Source of the DNA: Candidatus Omnitrophota bacterium
GTDB taxonomy: Bacteria; Ratteibacteria; UBA8468; MWAK01
Assembly: GCA_043797665.1 (NCBI GenBank)
Contig: JAZDPL010000071.1
Coordinates: 1-43,729 of the forward strand
DNA length: 43,729 bases
Reading direction: 5' to 3'
A program made the position numbers and the translations under genes. A model generated the notes under the pieces. It saw only the letters and a list, made by a program, of their open reading frames with translations, searched no databases and was not told where the DNA came from. Within the stretch, counting starts at the first letter, position 1, and each line of letters begins with the position of its first letter. This document shows positions 18,763-29,101 of the stretch, piece after piece.

Positions 18763-21039
18763 ATGGACAAGAAGAAAAAGAGAAATATTATCATAATAGG
18801 AGCCGGTCCGGGAGGGGAAGCGCTGATAGAAATGCTGCATCATGGGCCAACTGTAAATATTCTGGCTGTGGTGGACGTTAAAACAGATGCTCCGGGAATA
18901 ATGCTGGCGCAGAAATTCGGCATTCCAACTTATACTGATTTTAAAGAAATCATAACCAAAGGAGGAATTGACGAAATAATAAATGTTACCGGAAGCGACC
19001 AGGTTCAGGCCCGGATAACCGAACTGAGTCCCAAAGGTGTTGAGATTATCGGGAGCCACAGCGCAAAACTCTTCTGGGACATTATTGAAGAACACAGCCG
19101 TACGGTGGAAGAGATAATCCGGGTGAGAATGGGTTATCAGGAACTTGTAGAAAACTTAAACGTGGGTGTCTATCGCAATACCTCCGGAAAAAATGGGCAT
19201 TTTATTGAAGCCAACAACGCGATAATAAAAATGTTTGAAGCGGATTCAAAAGAGGAATTTCTTTCACATAATGTCAGTGATCTCTATGCTGACGCCAGTA
19301 AACGTAAGGAATTCAGCGATAAGATGCTGGAGAAAGGTGTGTTAAAAAATGAAGAGTTGGAATTGAAGACTCTGAAGGGTAAAAAATTCTGGGGCGCAGT
19401 TACCGCCGTAATGAAAAAAGATGAGGAAGGAAACATATTTTTTGATGGTATCATTGAGGACATCACCGCGCGCAAAGAAACGGACTTTGCCCTTATGGAA
19501 TCCCGGCGGCGGCTTGCGGACATTATTGAATTTCTTCCCGACGCAACTTTTGTAATTGATGCCGAGGGCAAAGTTATTGCCTGGAACCGCGCCATAGAAA
19601 ACATGACCGGGGTTAAAACCAAGGAGATGCTCGGTAAAGGCGATCACGAATACGCCATTCCGTTTTATGGCGAGAGACGGCCGATTCTTATTGACCTGGT
19701 TTTAAAATCGAAAGAGGAAGTTCTGAGTAAATATAGCCACCTGCAGAGGGACAGCGACCTGTTAAACGGGGAGGGCCGTATTACAAACATAGGTAAAGAC
19801 GTCCTTCATTTTATCGGACATGCGGCGGCGCTTCGTGATTCCAGGGGTAACATAGTCGGTGCGATAGAAACCATCAGAGACGTAACGGAACGCAAACATT
19901 TCGAGGAGGAATTGACGAAAGCCAAGAGTTCTGCGGAAACCGCCAACCAGGCCAAGTCGGAATTCCTCGCTAACATGTCGCATGAACTGCGCACGCCGCT
20001 CAATGCCATCATCGGTTTCTCCGAGGTGCTGCAAGACGAGAGTTTCGGAAAACTAAACGACAAACAGAAAGAATATCAGAAAGATGTTCTTGATAGCGGT
20101 AAACACCTTCTTGCGTTAATAAACGACATATTAGACCTGTCCAAGATAGAATCCGGAAAAGTGGAGTTGTTTCTGTCCGTGTTTTCTCTCGAGGACTTAT
20201 TCAAACAAAGCATTATCCTGATAAAAGAAAAGGCGTTTAACCACAGCATCCAGCTATCGATAGATATTGAGCCTGATGTAAAAAATATAGTGGCGGACCA
20301 GCGAAAGGTAAAACAGATAGTCTTCAACCTGCTTTCCAATGCGATTAAGTTTACGCCCGACAAAGGAAAAATAGGCATCCGCGCAAAGAAAATTGGAGAG
20401 GATATTGAAACGGCTGTCTGGGATACCGGTATCGGCATCGCCAAGGACCAGCAGAACAGGTTGTTTGAAGATTTTGTCCAGCTCGAGAACCCTTACACAA
20501 AAATGCACCAGGGAACGGGACTGGGGTTGGCTCTAACGCGCAAGCTCGTGGAGTTACACGGGGGGAAAATCCGGGTAGAATCCGAAGGAATCAACCAGGG
20601 TACTGTTTTTACCTTTACCCTGCCGGCACGGCCTACGCCGTCGAAAACCCCCGAAGAGACAAAACCGGCAAAGAAAAAAGCGCTGGTTATAGAGGACGAA
20701 CCTAAAAACTTCAAACTCGCCAAGGACCTGCTGGAATTGGACGGCTGGGAAGTCTTCGGTGCCGCCGAAGGGTACGAAGGTATTAAGCTGGCAAAAGAAA
20801 AATTACCGGATCTTATTGTAATAGACTTTCGCTTGCCGGATATTGACGGTGTAGAGGTACAAAAAAGATTGTGTGAGGACGAAAAGACCAAAAATATCAA
20901 GATGGTGTTCCTGACCGCTTCGGTAACCACAGAAGAAAAGAAGCAGATGGAAGCCACCAATTACCCCGTTATGGAGAAGCCGGTCAATACAAGAACTTTT
21001 GCCAAGGAAATCGATAAGATGTTCGGGGGACAGGAATGA
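18763..21039 (+). CDS. Cytoplasmic hybrid histidine kinase (Rossmann-like N-domain, 2 PAS, HisKA, HATPase, REC)
   Basis: IIIGAGPGG; PAS/PAC ends DITARK and DVTERK; FLANMSHELRTPL; NLLSNAIKFT; DTGIG; GTGLGL; receiver VIEDE...DFRLP...KP. Confidence 0.93.
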   Translation: MDKKKKRNIIIIGAGPGGEALIEMLHHGPTVNILAVVDVKTDAPGIMLAQKFGIPTYTDFKEIITKGGIDEIINVTGSDQVQARITELSPKGVEIIGSHSAKLFWDIIEEHSRTVEEIIRVRMGYQELVENLNVGVYRNTSGKNGHFIEANNAIIKMFEADSKEEFLSHNVSDLYADASKRKEFSDKMLEKGVLKNEELELKTLKGKKFWGAVTAVMKKDEEGNIFFDGIIEDITARKETDFALMESRRRLADIIEFLPDATFVIDAEGKVIAWNRAIENMTGVKTKEMLGKGDHEYAIPFYGERRPILIDLVLKSKEEVLSKYSHLQRDSDLLNGEGRITNIGKDVLHFIGHAAALRDSRGNIVGAIETIRDVTERKHFEEELTKAKSSAETANQAKSEFLANMSHELRTPLNAIIGFSEVLQDESFGKLNDKQKEYQKDVLDSGKHLLALINDILDLSKIESGKVELFLSVFSLEDLFKQSIILIKEKAFNHSIQLSIDIEPDVKNIVADQRKVKQIVFNLLSNAIKFTPDKGKIGIRAKKIGEDIETAVWDTGIGIAKDQQNRLFEDFVQLENPYTKMHQGTGLGLALTRKLVELHGGKIRVESEGINQGTVFTFTLPARPTPSKTPEETKPAKKKALVIEDEPKNFKLAKDLLELDGWEVFGAAEGYEGIKLAKEKLPDLIVIDFRLPDIDGVEVQKRLCEDEKTKNIKMVFLTASVTTEEKKQMEATNYPVMEKPVNTRTFAKEIDKMFGGQE

Positions 21040-21082
21040 AAAATCATGAAAGATTCGGACAGGTTACTGAAAGGAGAAAAAT

Positions 21083-21469
21083 ATGGTAAAGGAAAGAAAA
21101 GATTTAAAAGTACTCATCGTAGACGATGACGAAAAATCTCTAAAACTTCTGGAGATAAAACTGCGGCAGATGGGGTTTGAAAACATCTTAAAAGCCGATT
21201 GTGGTCACAAATGCCTGGAAATTGCCCGTTCCCAGAGACCTGACTTGATATTCCTTGACTTTATGATGCCGGGCATGGACGGCGGAGATGTGAAGTTCGA
21301 AATTTCAAATGACAAAAACCTCAAGGATATTCCGGTTATTTACGCGACGGCGATTATTACCCAGAAAGAAGTTGAAAGCATCGGCGGAGAAACAACCAAA
21401 GGTATTTTTGTATCAAAACCATACGATACGGAAATGATTGAGAAAGTGCTCCAGAAGGTCTTGCAATAA
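21083..21469 (+). CDS. Single-domain response regulator
   Basis: VLIVDDD, PDLIFLDFMMPGMDG and SKP; AAGGAG RBS. Confidence 0.93.
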   Translation: MVKERKDLKVLIVDDDEKSLKLLEIKLRQMGFENILKADCGHKCLEIARSQRPDLIFLDFMMPGMDGGDVKFEISNDKNLKDIPVIYATAIITQKEVESIGGETTKGIFVSKPYDTEMIEKVLQKVLQ

Positions 21470-21542
21470 ACAAATATATTTTCGATTTATCTCTCCTGTC
21501 CCTAAATGAAGGAGTAGGGAAGTAACAGGTTCATCCCGTGTA

Positions 21543-21803
21543 ATTGAAAACGCAAACCATGTCCTTTTAAGACTTAAAGATGGTATTATTAAAGAAATGG
21601 ATAGTAATAATTGGCCCGTAACCATAAGTATGGGTGCAATAACATATAGAATAATTCCTGCATCTATTGAAACTTTAATTAAACAGGCAGACGGATTAAT
21701 GTATTCTGTAAAAAAAGGGGGGGAGAACAACCTGAAACATAATCGGTGGCCAACGCAATCCCAACCAGAAGGTAGTGTCAAAGAGAAGACTGGCAACCCC
21801 TGA
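21543..21803 (+). pseudogene. GGDEF diguanylate cyclase C-terminal fragment
   Basis: VTISMGA...LIKQADGLMYSVKKGG.N. The GGDEF motif and N-terminus are absent, with an in-frame stop at 21507. Confidence 0.7.
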
Positions 21804-21834
21804 GAGAATTTCTTCTCGTCGCAAGTGGTTGTCT

Positions 21835-22410
21835 TTACTCAATACTCCGGGCAAGATTCTTTGCCCGCTCTTTGAACTCAGGCTTCAAAAGGTCTTTTTC
21901 TGTCCGGATGTTAGCCGCCACCAGATGTCCGATATCCTTCATTCTGTGGTATTCAACCATCCGGCAGTAGCCTTCCACCACCAGGTCCGCTCCGTCAAAT
22001 TCATCACCAGCCGCCGTCACTATTAAACCGCACTTCTTACCTTCTACCAGTGAGGTGTAACTGCCATCCTCAGCAAATTTATCAAGAGAGTAAGTCCGGT
22101 CAAGGAATGACTTGGCCAGAGCGGAAAACGACCAGCAGAAAACAGGCGTAGCAACCAGGATGCAATCCGCAGACAGTATCTTGGGATATATTTCCTGCAT
22201 ATCGTCCCGAACAGTGCAGCCAGGCTTATCCTTGGTTTTCTGGCAGGCGAAACATTCCCTGCATTCACAGATGTTTTTGTCTGCAAGGTAAACCAGTTCT
22301 GTTTTATGTCCCAGCCTTTCTGCCTCTCTTAAAACCTGCTGCAACAAGCGGCCGGTATTTCCTTTTTTCCTCGGACTACCGAGAAAAGCACAGACCTTCA
22401 ATTTTTTCAT
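21835..22410 (-). CDS. Iron-sulfur flavoprotein / flavodoxin-like NADPH-dependent FMN reductase family
   Basis: GSPRKKGNT, C..C..C......C, DDM, ATPVF and K.FLDR. Confidence 0.88.
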   Translation of the reverse strand: MKKLKVCAFLGSPRKKGNTGRLLQQVLREAERLGHKTELVYLADKNICECRECFACQKTKDKPGCTVRDDMQEIYPKILSADCILVATPVFCWSFSALAKSFLDRTYSLDKFAEDGSYTSLVEGKKCGLIVTAAGDEFDGADLVVEGYCRMVEYHRMKDIGHLVAANIRTEKDLLKPEFKERAKNLARSIE

Positions 22411-22450
22411 AATAATATTGTACCACATCAGGAGCGGAGCGAGGGGTGAC

Positions 22451-22479
22451 TTGACAAATATCTAAATTTTTAGTATATT
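22451..22479 (+). promoter_or_regulatory. Sigma70 promoter of the GntR-pilin-hydrolase operon
   Basis: TTGACA-17 nt-TATATT. Confidence 0.7.
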
Positions 22480-22492
22480 AAAGTTGATTAGT

Positions 22493-23683
22493 ATGAAAAC
22501 AAACAAAATTACCGGGAAAAACCGGTACGAGGCAAAGTATCTTAAGATCGCCCGGACTTTGGAACAGAGGATTCGCACGCTGCAATGTCCGGCGGGAGCG
22601 AAACTGGCTACCGAAGCAGAAATCCAGCGGCGTTTCGGGGTGAGTTCCATTACCGCCAAACATGCACTCAACCGGCTCCGAGCCATGGGATTGATAGAAA
22701 GACGGCAAGGGCTGGGGTCTATTGTCGTTGCCCGCCCGCTCCAGGCGGTAAGGCCTCCGAAAGCGGAGTTCCGGGTGGGTTTAATCTGGTCTGCCCGGCC
22801 TCAGACGCGGGGCGGCATGGAAATGCTGTGCGTCATAGAAGAACAATTAGCCAAGGCAGGGTATAGTTTGATGTTCCGCGCCTCGCATGAAGACCCGGCG
22901 CGGGAGAAACAGTGCCTGGAATGGTTTGAGGCGCACGGAATTAAGCGGGTACTGCTCACGCCTTCGGGTGACCGCCATACGGCTGCCGTTTATGAAGGAT
23001 TCCGCAAGCATGGGATGCGTCTGGTCTGTATGGACCGGGGGGTGGACTCTCCGCATTACTCCCTGGTTGGTTTTGACAATAAAGCAATCGGGAGGCTGGC
23101 GGGGCAGGAACTTAAACAGGCCGGGTGCCGGCGGATTGCGGTGGTTACTACCGGTCGGCACGATACTTCCATTGACGACCGCCTTGCCGGTGTGGTGGAC
23201 GAATGCAGGAAGCATAGCCTCGCTGTCCAGATATTCCCTATTACAATCAAGGATTGCGGAGAATTAGCGGAACAGCCCTTAAGCAAACTGGACTGGTGGC
23301 GCCGAATCTACGCAGAAACGGGTCCGGGAGCCGGCTGGTTTGGCGTGAATGAGACTATTGCAGTCGCGCTGCTGCGCCTGATGGTGCACGAAGGAATCAA
23401 AGTACCGGCGGACGCCGCAGTGCTCGGCGTGGGGAATATGGAGACAGACCCGCTCGCGACGCTTTTCCTTTCCGGCATTGTCCTGGATTTCAGGAAGAAC
23501 GGCGAAGAGGCGGCAAAGTGTGTTGTTACCGACAAGACGCAGTGGATTCAAATCCCGCCGTCCGGGGTGGTGCGGCGCAGCTCAACTACCGTTGGCGCCG
23601 AGGTGCGATGGAATGCAGACCTGGAAATCGGCGAGTTCCAACCCAACGGGGAGCTGGCCGGGAATCTGGCAACGGTTTTTTAA
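22493..23683 (+). CDS. GntR HTH + LacI-type sugar-binding domain regulator (AraR-like architecture)
   Basis: KY..IA..L...I, G.KL.TE.EI...FGVS.IT...AL..L...G.IERRQG.GS; then V.FDN..IG and R..G in the effector domain. Confidence 0.88.
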   Translation: MKTNKITGKNRYEAKYLKIARTLEQRIRTLQCPAGAKLATEAEIQRRFGVSSITAKHALNRLRAMGLIERRQGLGSIVVARPLQAVRPPKAEFRVGLIWSARPQTRGGMEMLCVIEEQLAKAGYSLMFRASHEDPAREKQCLEWFEAHGIKRVLLTPSGDRHTAAVYEGFRKHGMRLVCMDRGVDSPHYSLVGFDNKAIGRLAGQELKQAGCRRIAVVTTGRHDTSIDDRLAGVVDECRKHSLAVQIFPITIKDCGELAEQPLSKLDWWRRIYAETGPGAGWFGVNETIAVALLRLMVHEGIKVPADAAVLGVGNMETDPLATLFLSGIVLDFRKNGEEAAKCVVTDKTQWIQIPPSGVVRRSSTTVGAEVRWNADLEIGEFQPNGELAGNLATVF

Positions 23684-23700
23684 AAAGGAGGAGAATGGCA

Positions 23701-24486
23701 ATGATAAGAAGAGTAGTACGGAAAGCAAGGGGCCTTGTCCGCCGGAGCTTTAGCGCAGGTGGATTTACGTTAATTGAGTTGTTGGTCGTCATCGCCATCA
23801 TCAGCCTTCTGGCGGCGATGCTCCTGCCGGCGCTCAGCCAGGCAAGGGAGAAGGCCAGGAGCGTCAAGTGCCTGAGCAACCTGAAGCAAATGGGACTTGC
23901 TGTTTACATGTACGCCCAGGACGCCGATGATATTTTACCATCTTTTCAACGATCTAGTACGTCATGGTGGTTTGAACAAATGCTGGGCAAATATATGGGG
24001 GTCAAGGCGCGGAGTTACGATGGCTGGGCGTTATTTACAGGTGATAACTTCGGTGGCATCCTCTATAATTGGAAGGGCACTGTGCTTGACTGCCCCAGCA
24101 TGAAAAATAATGATAGCACGGCCTGGGGAACCCCTCATTCCTATTGGTCTGCCGACATAGATTATGGCTTCAATTCTTGTATAGAAGGCTTGGGAGGACC
24201 AGATGCAGGAGGAGGTAGCCCGGATAACGAACATGCATCTTATAAGATAGGCCAAGTAGCCTCTGATACTTTTATTATTGGAGATACTAAGTGTGGTTAT
24301 CCTACCGGCACTCTCATTGGTTGGAGCTACTGGTCCTGGTTTGGTATGTATGCTCCGTCACGCATTCACAGTGATGGGGCTAATTATCTCTGTGTTGATG
24401 GACATGTGGAATGGGTAAAAACTGATAATCTCCATACCAAATCCACTGAGTCTCTCGAGCCAAGAATAAGCAGGGCGTTTGATTAA
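23701..24486 (+). CDS. Prepilin-type cleavage/methylation + H-X9-DG protein (DUF1559-like)
   Basis: AAGGAGG RBS right after the GntR stop (ATG 23695 is an alternative start). Arg-rich leader; [40 protein letters not shown]. Confidence 0.92.
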   Translation: MIRRVVRKARGLVRRSFSAGGFTLIELLVVIAIISLLAAMLLPALSQAREKARSVKCLSNLKQMGLAVYMYAQDADDILPSFQRSSTSWWFEQMLGKYMGVKARSYDGWALFTGDNFGGILYNWKGTVLDCPSMKNNDSTAWGTPHSYWSADIDYGFNSCIEGLGGPDAGGGSPDNEHASYKIGQVASDTFIIGDTKCGYPTGTLIGWSYWSWFGMYAPSRIHSDGANYLCVDGHVEWVKTDNLHTKSTESLEPRISRAFD

Positions 24487-24539
24487 ACGAAAATCTAAAA
24501 ACAAGGCACTGCAGAGTTTTTAAAGTACAAGGAGGAGTA

Positions 24540-26930
24540 ATGAAAAGGAAAACGGTCAGGCGTTGTTTGTTGTTTTGTCTGCTTATTTCAATTATCTTTT
24601 CTCGCGGTGCTTTTGCTGCCGAAAACCTGGCGTTACACAAACCGTACACGATGGAGCCAATGCCCAACTACCATTACCTTGATGACCCGATGTGCACCGA
24701 TGCGGGCGACAAGGTACAGCTTACCGACGGCCAGCGCACGACCTTTCGCGGCGCGTACATGTGGTTCTGCCGGGAAGCCATCGGCGTGGGCGTTGGACCC
24801 AAGGATAAAATCTTTCGCGTGGTGATTGATTTGGGACAAAGCCATCCCATCGGACGCGTGATGGTCAGCACCGCTGCACGTTGTCCCGAAGCCGGACTTA
24901 CGCTCAATTCATTCGTCCTGGCGTTCAGTGAAGACGGCAAGACGTATCGGGTGATGGACCGGGTGACGCCCCTGCAGACGTTAGGGTCCGACACGGAGCG
25001 TGAGAAACCGCGTCAGGGAGTGGAAGTTAACCTGGACGGTAGCGGCGGCTCGGCGCGCTATGTCTGCGTGGCGGTTATTCCAAACTCCCTGATAGTAATG
25101 GACGAGATTGAAGTTTACCCTGCCGAAAACGTCGCACCAAGAGCCCCGTTGTTTGAGTGCAAGTACGAAGAACTGCCGGACAAGTTGACCCTGCGCGCCA
25201 GTCGGACGGTGCTGGATCAACCGCTGTTTGCCGAACTGTATGAAATATTGCTGAAATCCCAGCAAGTTCGCGAAGAAAGCTATTTTTTGAGCCAGCTCCG
25301 CGACCTGGATGGGGCGCACGAACAGGCGATGGGCGAAAGTGAGTCGGCGTGCGAGAAGACGATGGCGCCATTGCCCGGCCTGGCGGCAGAGTGGAACCGG
25401 ACAAGCCGGAAAAGTCTGCCTGACCTGATGGTATGGCCGGCCAATCCGTATGAGACGCCAACGATGTTTGCGGTTCCTCCGGACCAACCCCACGAGCAAA
25501 CTCTGTACCTGCTTGGCAACCAGAAGGGCATCGCCGCGGTCAATGTGTCCTGGAAGGGGCGCGCACCCGCACGGTCAACCGCGACTTTTACCGGTCCGGC
25601 CGGCGCGGAGCTGCGCCGCGCGTATCGCTCTGATGCCGTTACCGGGGTTGGCACGGCGCGGGTGGCCGACGCCCTGATTCTGGAGAAGGATAACCCGCTG
25701 ACGCTCACCCCGGGGGTCATAGAACAACTGTTGCTCTTTATCCCGCCCGGTGCAAAAGGGACGTCAGCCAGGTACACGCTACAACTTCAAGCCGAGGGCG
25801 CAGAACCGGTCTCTTTCACGGTGAAAGTTGAACGCGCAACCACGACACTGCCGGAAACTTTTGAGACGGCAAACGGCGGCTGGTTCTATCTTGATTGGGA
25901 CACGAAGCTCGTTCCCGCCGAGGTACAGGCAAAATACCTCCGGGATTCCCACGTCAACATCGCGACGTTTACCTGGGCATCCATCGCCGTGCCGGTGTTC
26001 AATACCCAGGGCGATGTGGTCAAGCCCGCGGGTGAAAGCCAGTATGATTTGGTGAAACTTGCGCAACTGCAGTCATTCTGCCGGTACTTTTTCTTCGGCT
26101 TCAATCCGTTCTCCCAACTCAAGTGGGAGGAAGGTAAACCACCTGCAGACCCCGACATCATCGCCAAGGCTTATGCCGAGTGCATGCGCCAGAATATCGA
26201 GCGCCTCAAACCCCTCGGCATCCAACCCGACCAGATTTTGCTTGCTCCTGCCGACGAAGACATGAGAAACGAGAAGTGGGTTCCCGTCAGGAAAGCGCTG
26301 GAGAAACTGTTGCCGCCGCGCCCTAAGTTGTTCTGTACGATGTGGATCCCCGCCAAAGACACCCCTGAGGTGGATTCCTTCATCAAAGCGGTGGATATCT
26401 TTGTACCGGGCCGCGGTCCGTGGTATCGGGAAGGCGGCGACCCGGCCAACCTGCTCCCCAGGATGCGCGCCGAGGGCAAGGAGGTCTGGTCCTACGATTG
26501 TGTGAGTACCGTTGCCGCTTCACCCAATCACTACCGGCTCTATCCGTGGGAAATGCTGGTTGCGGGAAGCCGCGGCAACCTGTGGTGGCCGCATGATTCG
26601 GGTCAGCCGCTGTGGACGCCTTCGGGAGCCGGTTGGGCGCTCTACTACGGCAAGCGCGGCGCGCCGGCTGACCTCAAGATTGAGGAAGACCTGGTGCCTT
26701 CCCGCCGCATGGAAGCCTGGCGGCAGGGAATTGAGGACCGCTGGATGATGGAAGAGGTCCGCGCCCTGGCGAAGAAGCGGCTGGAGCAAAAACCATCCGA
26801 CCCGCTGAGCGCCATGGCATTGGCCTACGTTGACCAGCACCTGGCGTTGGCGCTGACGCACCCGGAAGACGCTTCCGTTACCCAGGAAACAAGCCAGTGG
26901 TTGGTACGGATGCTGGATACCCTTAAGTAA
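24540..26930 (+). CDS. Secreted protein, discoidin/CBM32-like N-domain plus DUF4091/GH123-like C-domain
   Basis: AGGAGG RBS; signal peptide ending AFA; NLAL.KPY...LTDG...VIDLG...DEIEVY; W.Y.C and S.RMEAWRQGIED. Confidence 0.7.
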   Translation: MKRKTVRRCLLFCLLISIIFSRGAFAAENLALHKPYTMEPMPNYHYLDDPMCTDAGDKVQLTDGQRTTFRGAYMWFCREAIGVGVGPKDKIFRVVIDLGQSHPIGRVMVSTAARCPEAGLTLNSFVLAFSEDGKTYRVMDRVTPLQTLGSDTEREKPRQGVEVNLDGSGGSARYVCVAVIPNSLIVMDEIEVYPAENVAPRAPLFECKYEELPDKLTLRASRTVLDQPLFAELYEILLKSQQVREESYFLSQLRDLDGAHEQAMGESESACEKTMAPLPGLAAEWNRTSRKSLPDLMVWPANPYETPTMFAVPPDQPHEQTLYLLGNQKGIAAVNVSWKGRAPARSTATFTGPAGAELRRAYRSDAVTGVGTARVADALILEKDNPLTLTPGVIEQLLLFIPPGAKGTSARYTLQLQAEGAEPVSFTVKVERATTTLPETFETANGGWFYLDWDTKLVPAEVQAKYLRDSHVNIATFTWASIAVPVFNTQGDVVKPAGESQYDLVKLAQLQSFCRYFFFGFNPFSQLKWEEGKPPADPDIIAKAYAECMRQNIERLKPLGIQPDQILLAPADEDMRNEKWVPVRKALEKLLPPRPKLFCTMWIPAKDTPEVDSFIKAVDIFVPGRGPWYREGGDPANLLPRMRAEGKEVWSYDCVSTVAASPNHYRLYPWEMLVAGSRGNLWWPHDSGQPLWTPSGAGWALYYGKRGAPADLKIEEDLVPSRRMEAWRQGIEDRWMMEEVRALAKKRLEQKPSDPLSAMALAYVDQHLALALTHPEDASVTQETSQWLVRMLDTLK

Positions 26931-26931
26931 A

Positions 26932-29082
26932 ATGAGCCGACCAAAAAAAGGGAATTATGAACGTTATTATGACCGGACCCTGTTCCGGGTTTCCGAGAAC
27001 TATCTCCTGCCCGACCAGAAAGTCGGCGGAATTCCAAGGGAGGATTTTGAAAAAAAACTGGCTGAATGTGGTGTGGAATCCCGATGGATCGGAGTTTATG
27101 ACCACGGTGGACCGCGTTTCAGTTCTAACTTTATCCCTATATCCAAACGCGTTCCCGGCGATTTGACGTCTGAATTGAAGAGATGGGTGGATATTGTCCA
27201 CCAGGCGGGTATGAATGCGGTCACCTGGTGTGCTGTATCCCATTGCGAATCGGGTTGGGCGGAACATCCCGAATGGCGCCTTGTCTATATGGATGAGAAT
27301 CAAGACCTGAAACACTCCTGTTGTATCAACACCTCTTACGGCGAGGCGCTTATCGGCATGACATTGGAATTCTTTGAGAAATTTAATCTTGACGGCATCT
27401 GGTTTGACGGCGCCAATTTTACCGGATTTCCTCTTCGCTCCGGTTGCATCTGTCCTGATTGCCGGCAGAAATTTGAAACCGAAACAGGTTGCGTATCACC
27501 AAAGACAGTCAATTTTGGTAATAAAGTTTTCCGGGTGTGGGTGCAATGGCGTTTTGACATGTATTCGGCGTATCTGAAAAAGTTGGTTGATGCCATCCAT
27601 GCCCGTTATCCGGATAAAGTCATCGGAATAAACCATTATCACCGGTATGACCCCAATGCCTGGCTTACCGCCTGTCCGCTGGACCCCTTTGAATGCGATA
27701 TCGTTACCGGCAGTGAATCTACGGGCCGTACGGATTTAGCCTCTTTTTCCGCAAAATTGGCTTCGGCTTACGGCCGAAAACATTTTGACGTCTGGACGGC
27801 GACATTCCGATGGAAAGGGGGGAAAAACTGGCAGTTCCATGAACCTCTCGCTTTAATGCATCATGCCGCAGCCTGCCTCACCTTCGGCGGGTATCCTGTC
27901 TTTGGTTTTGAAACAGACATCCCGGCGGGAGCGATGTCTGCATACGCGGAGTCCTTTTTTAAACCGGCGGCAGATTTCTTACGCCGGCGGTCCCCGTATG
28001 TGGAGATTGAAAGCGCCAATCCGGTAGCTCTGCACATCTCCCAGCAAACCGAGACCTTCTTTTTTGGGCGCAACCCGGACAGCCCCGGTTTCGGCTGGTA
28101 CTGGGAGAGTGTGCTGGGTTGGGACCAAATGCTGAATGAAACGGGCTTAGGCTCAGATTTCATATTTGATAAACACCTGAACGCAGAACGCCTGAAACGT
28201 TATAACGTGGTTATTCTGCCTCTGTCCTTAGGGCTTTCGGAAGAACAGGGGAAAATCCTTAAGGAGTATGTCAGGAATGGCGGGGTGCTGGTACTGGGAC
28301 CCTGGGCCGGCAGATTGGATGTAGCAGGGGAACCGGTTGTTGGTGGAGGTGTTCTGGAGGAATTACGTTCCGTGGACGAAGGAATCGTCCCGGCCGCGGA
28401 TAAATTCGCCAGGAATACAGTATATCTCAAAAATCAGGCCGTGAATATTTCAGGACTGCATGGTTTTGGAGTATTCACTATGGCCGCGGAACAGACAGCG
28501 AAAAACGGGGCTGAAACGGTAATGTTTCAAGAAGAAACGGCCGTCGCAAAGGGTGACCTGTCCTTTCTTTACGATCGGGACTTGCCAAAAAAAGCGGCGG
28601 AACGCGTCCTGTCTGCCGTGACAAGGCGGCGGTTTGGAAAGGGACATGTCATTGACCTGGCAGCTGACTGGGGCGCCTCTTTCTACTATGCCCCAAGTTC
28701 ACCCATGCGTAAAACGCTGATCTCCACTCTGGAAGATCTGACCGTTTTTCCGATAGCCGTGAAAGCTCCGGCCTGCGTTTCAACGGCGTTCCGAAAAGAA
28801 AAGGGCGGCGGTTTGCTGATACACCTGCATAACTGCCCGGTCACCATACACCAGAGTGGAAATAGTCATATACCTACGCCCGAGGTGTGTTATGCCAACA
28901 TAATACCAAGGGATATAATACCCATATGCGACGTAAACATTGAGGTTCGGGGACTAAAAATCAAAAAAGCAAACCGGTTGGTGGAAAAACCTGAATCTCT
29001 ATCCGTGGAAAAAAATGGGGGTGTCTTGATAATCAGGCTGGGCCGGCTTGATTTGCACGAAATCGTCAATCTTTCTTTTTGA
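26932..29082 (+). CDS. Cytoplasmic glycoside hydrolase-like protein (TIM barrel + beta-galactosidase trimerisation-like domain)
   Basis: No signal peptide; HPEW, DGIWFDG, CICPDC and L..YNVVILP....LS......L.EYV.NGG.LV. Confidence 0.7.
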   Translation: MSRPKKGNYERYYDRTLFRVSENYLLPDQKVGGIPREDFEKKLAECGVESRWIGVYDHGGPRFSSNFIPISKRVPGDLTSELKRWVDIVHQAGMNAVTWCAVSHCESGWAEHPEWRLVYMDENQDLKHSCCINTSYGEALIGMTLEFFEKFNLDGIWFDGANFTGFPLRSGCICPDCRQKFETETGCVSPKTVNFGNKVFRVWVQWRFDMYSAYLKKLVDAIHARYPDKVIGINHYHRYDPNAWLTACPLDPFECDIVTGSESTGRTDLASFSAKLASAYGRKHFDVWTATFRWKGGKNWQFHEPLALMHHAAACLTFGGYPVFGFETDIPAGAMSAYAESFFKPAADFLRRRSPYVEIESANPVALHISQQTETFFFGRNPDSPGFGWYWESVLGWDQMLNETGLGSDFIFDKHLNAERLKRYNVVILPLSLGLSEEQGKILKEYVRNGGVLVLGPWAGRLDVAGEPVVGGGVLEELRSVDEGIVPAADKFARNTVYLKNQAVNISGLHGFGVFTMAAEQTAKNGAETVMFQEETAVAKGDLSFLYDRDLPKKAAERVLSAVTRRRFGKGHVIDLAADWGASFYYAPSSPMRKTLISTLEDLTVFPIAVKAPACVSTAFRKEKGGGLLIHLHNCPVTIHQSGNSHIPTPEVCYANIIPRDIIPICDVNIEVRGLKIKKANRLVEKPESLSVEKNGGVLIIRLGRLDLHEIVNLSF

Positions 29083-29101
29083 ATGCTGCCCATATACCTT
29101 C

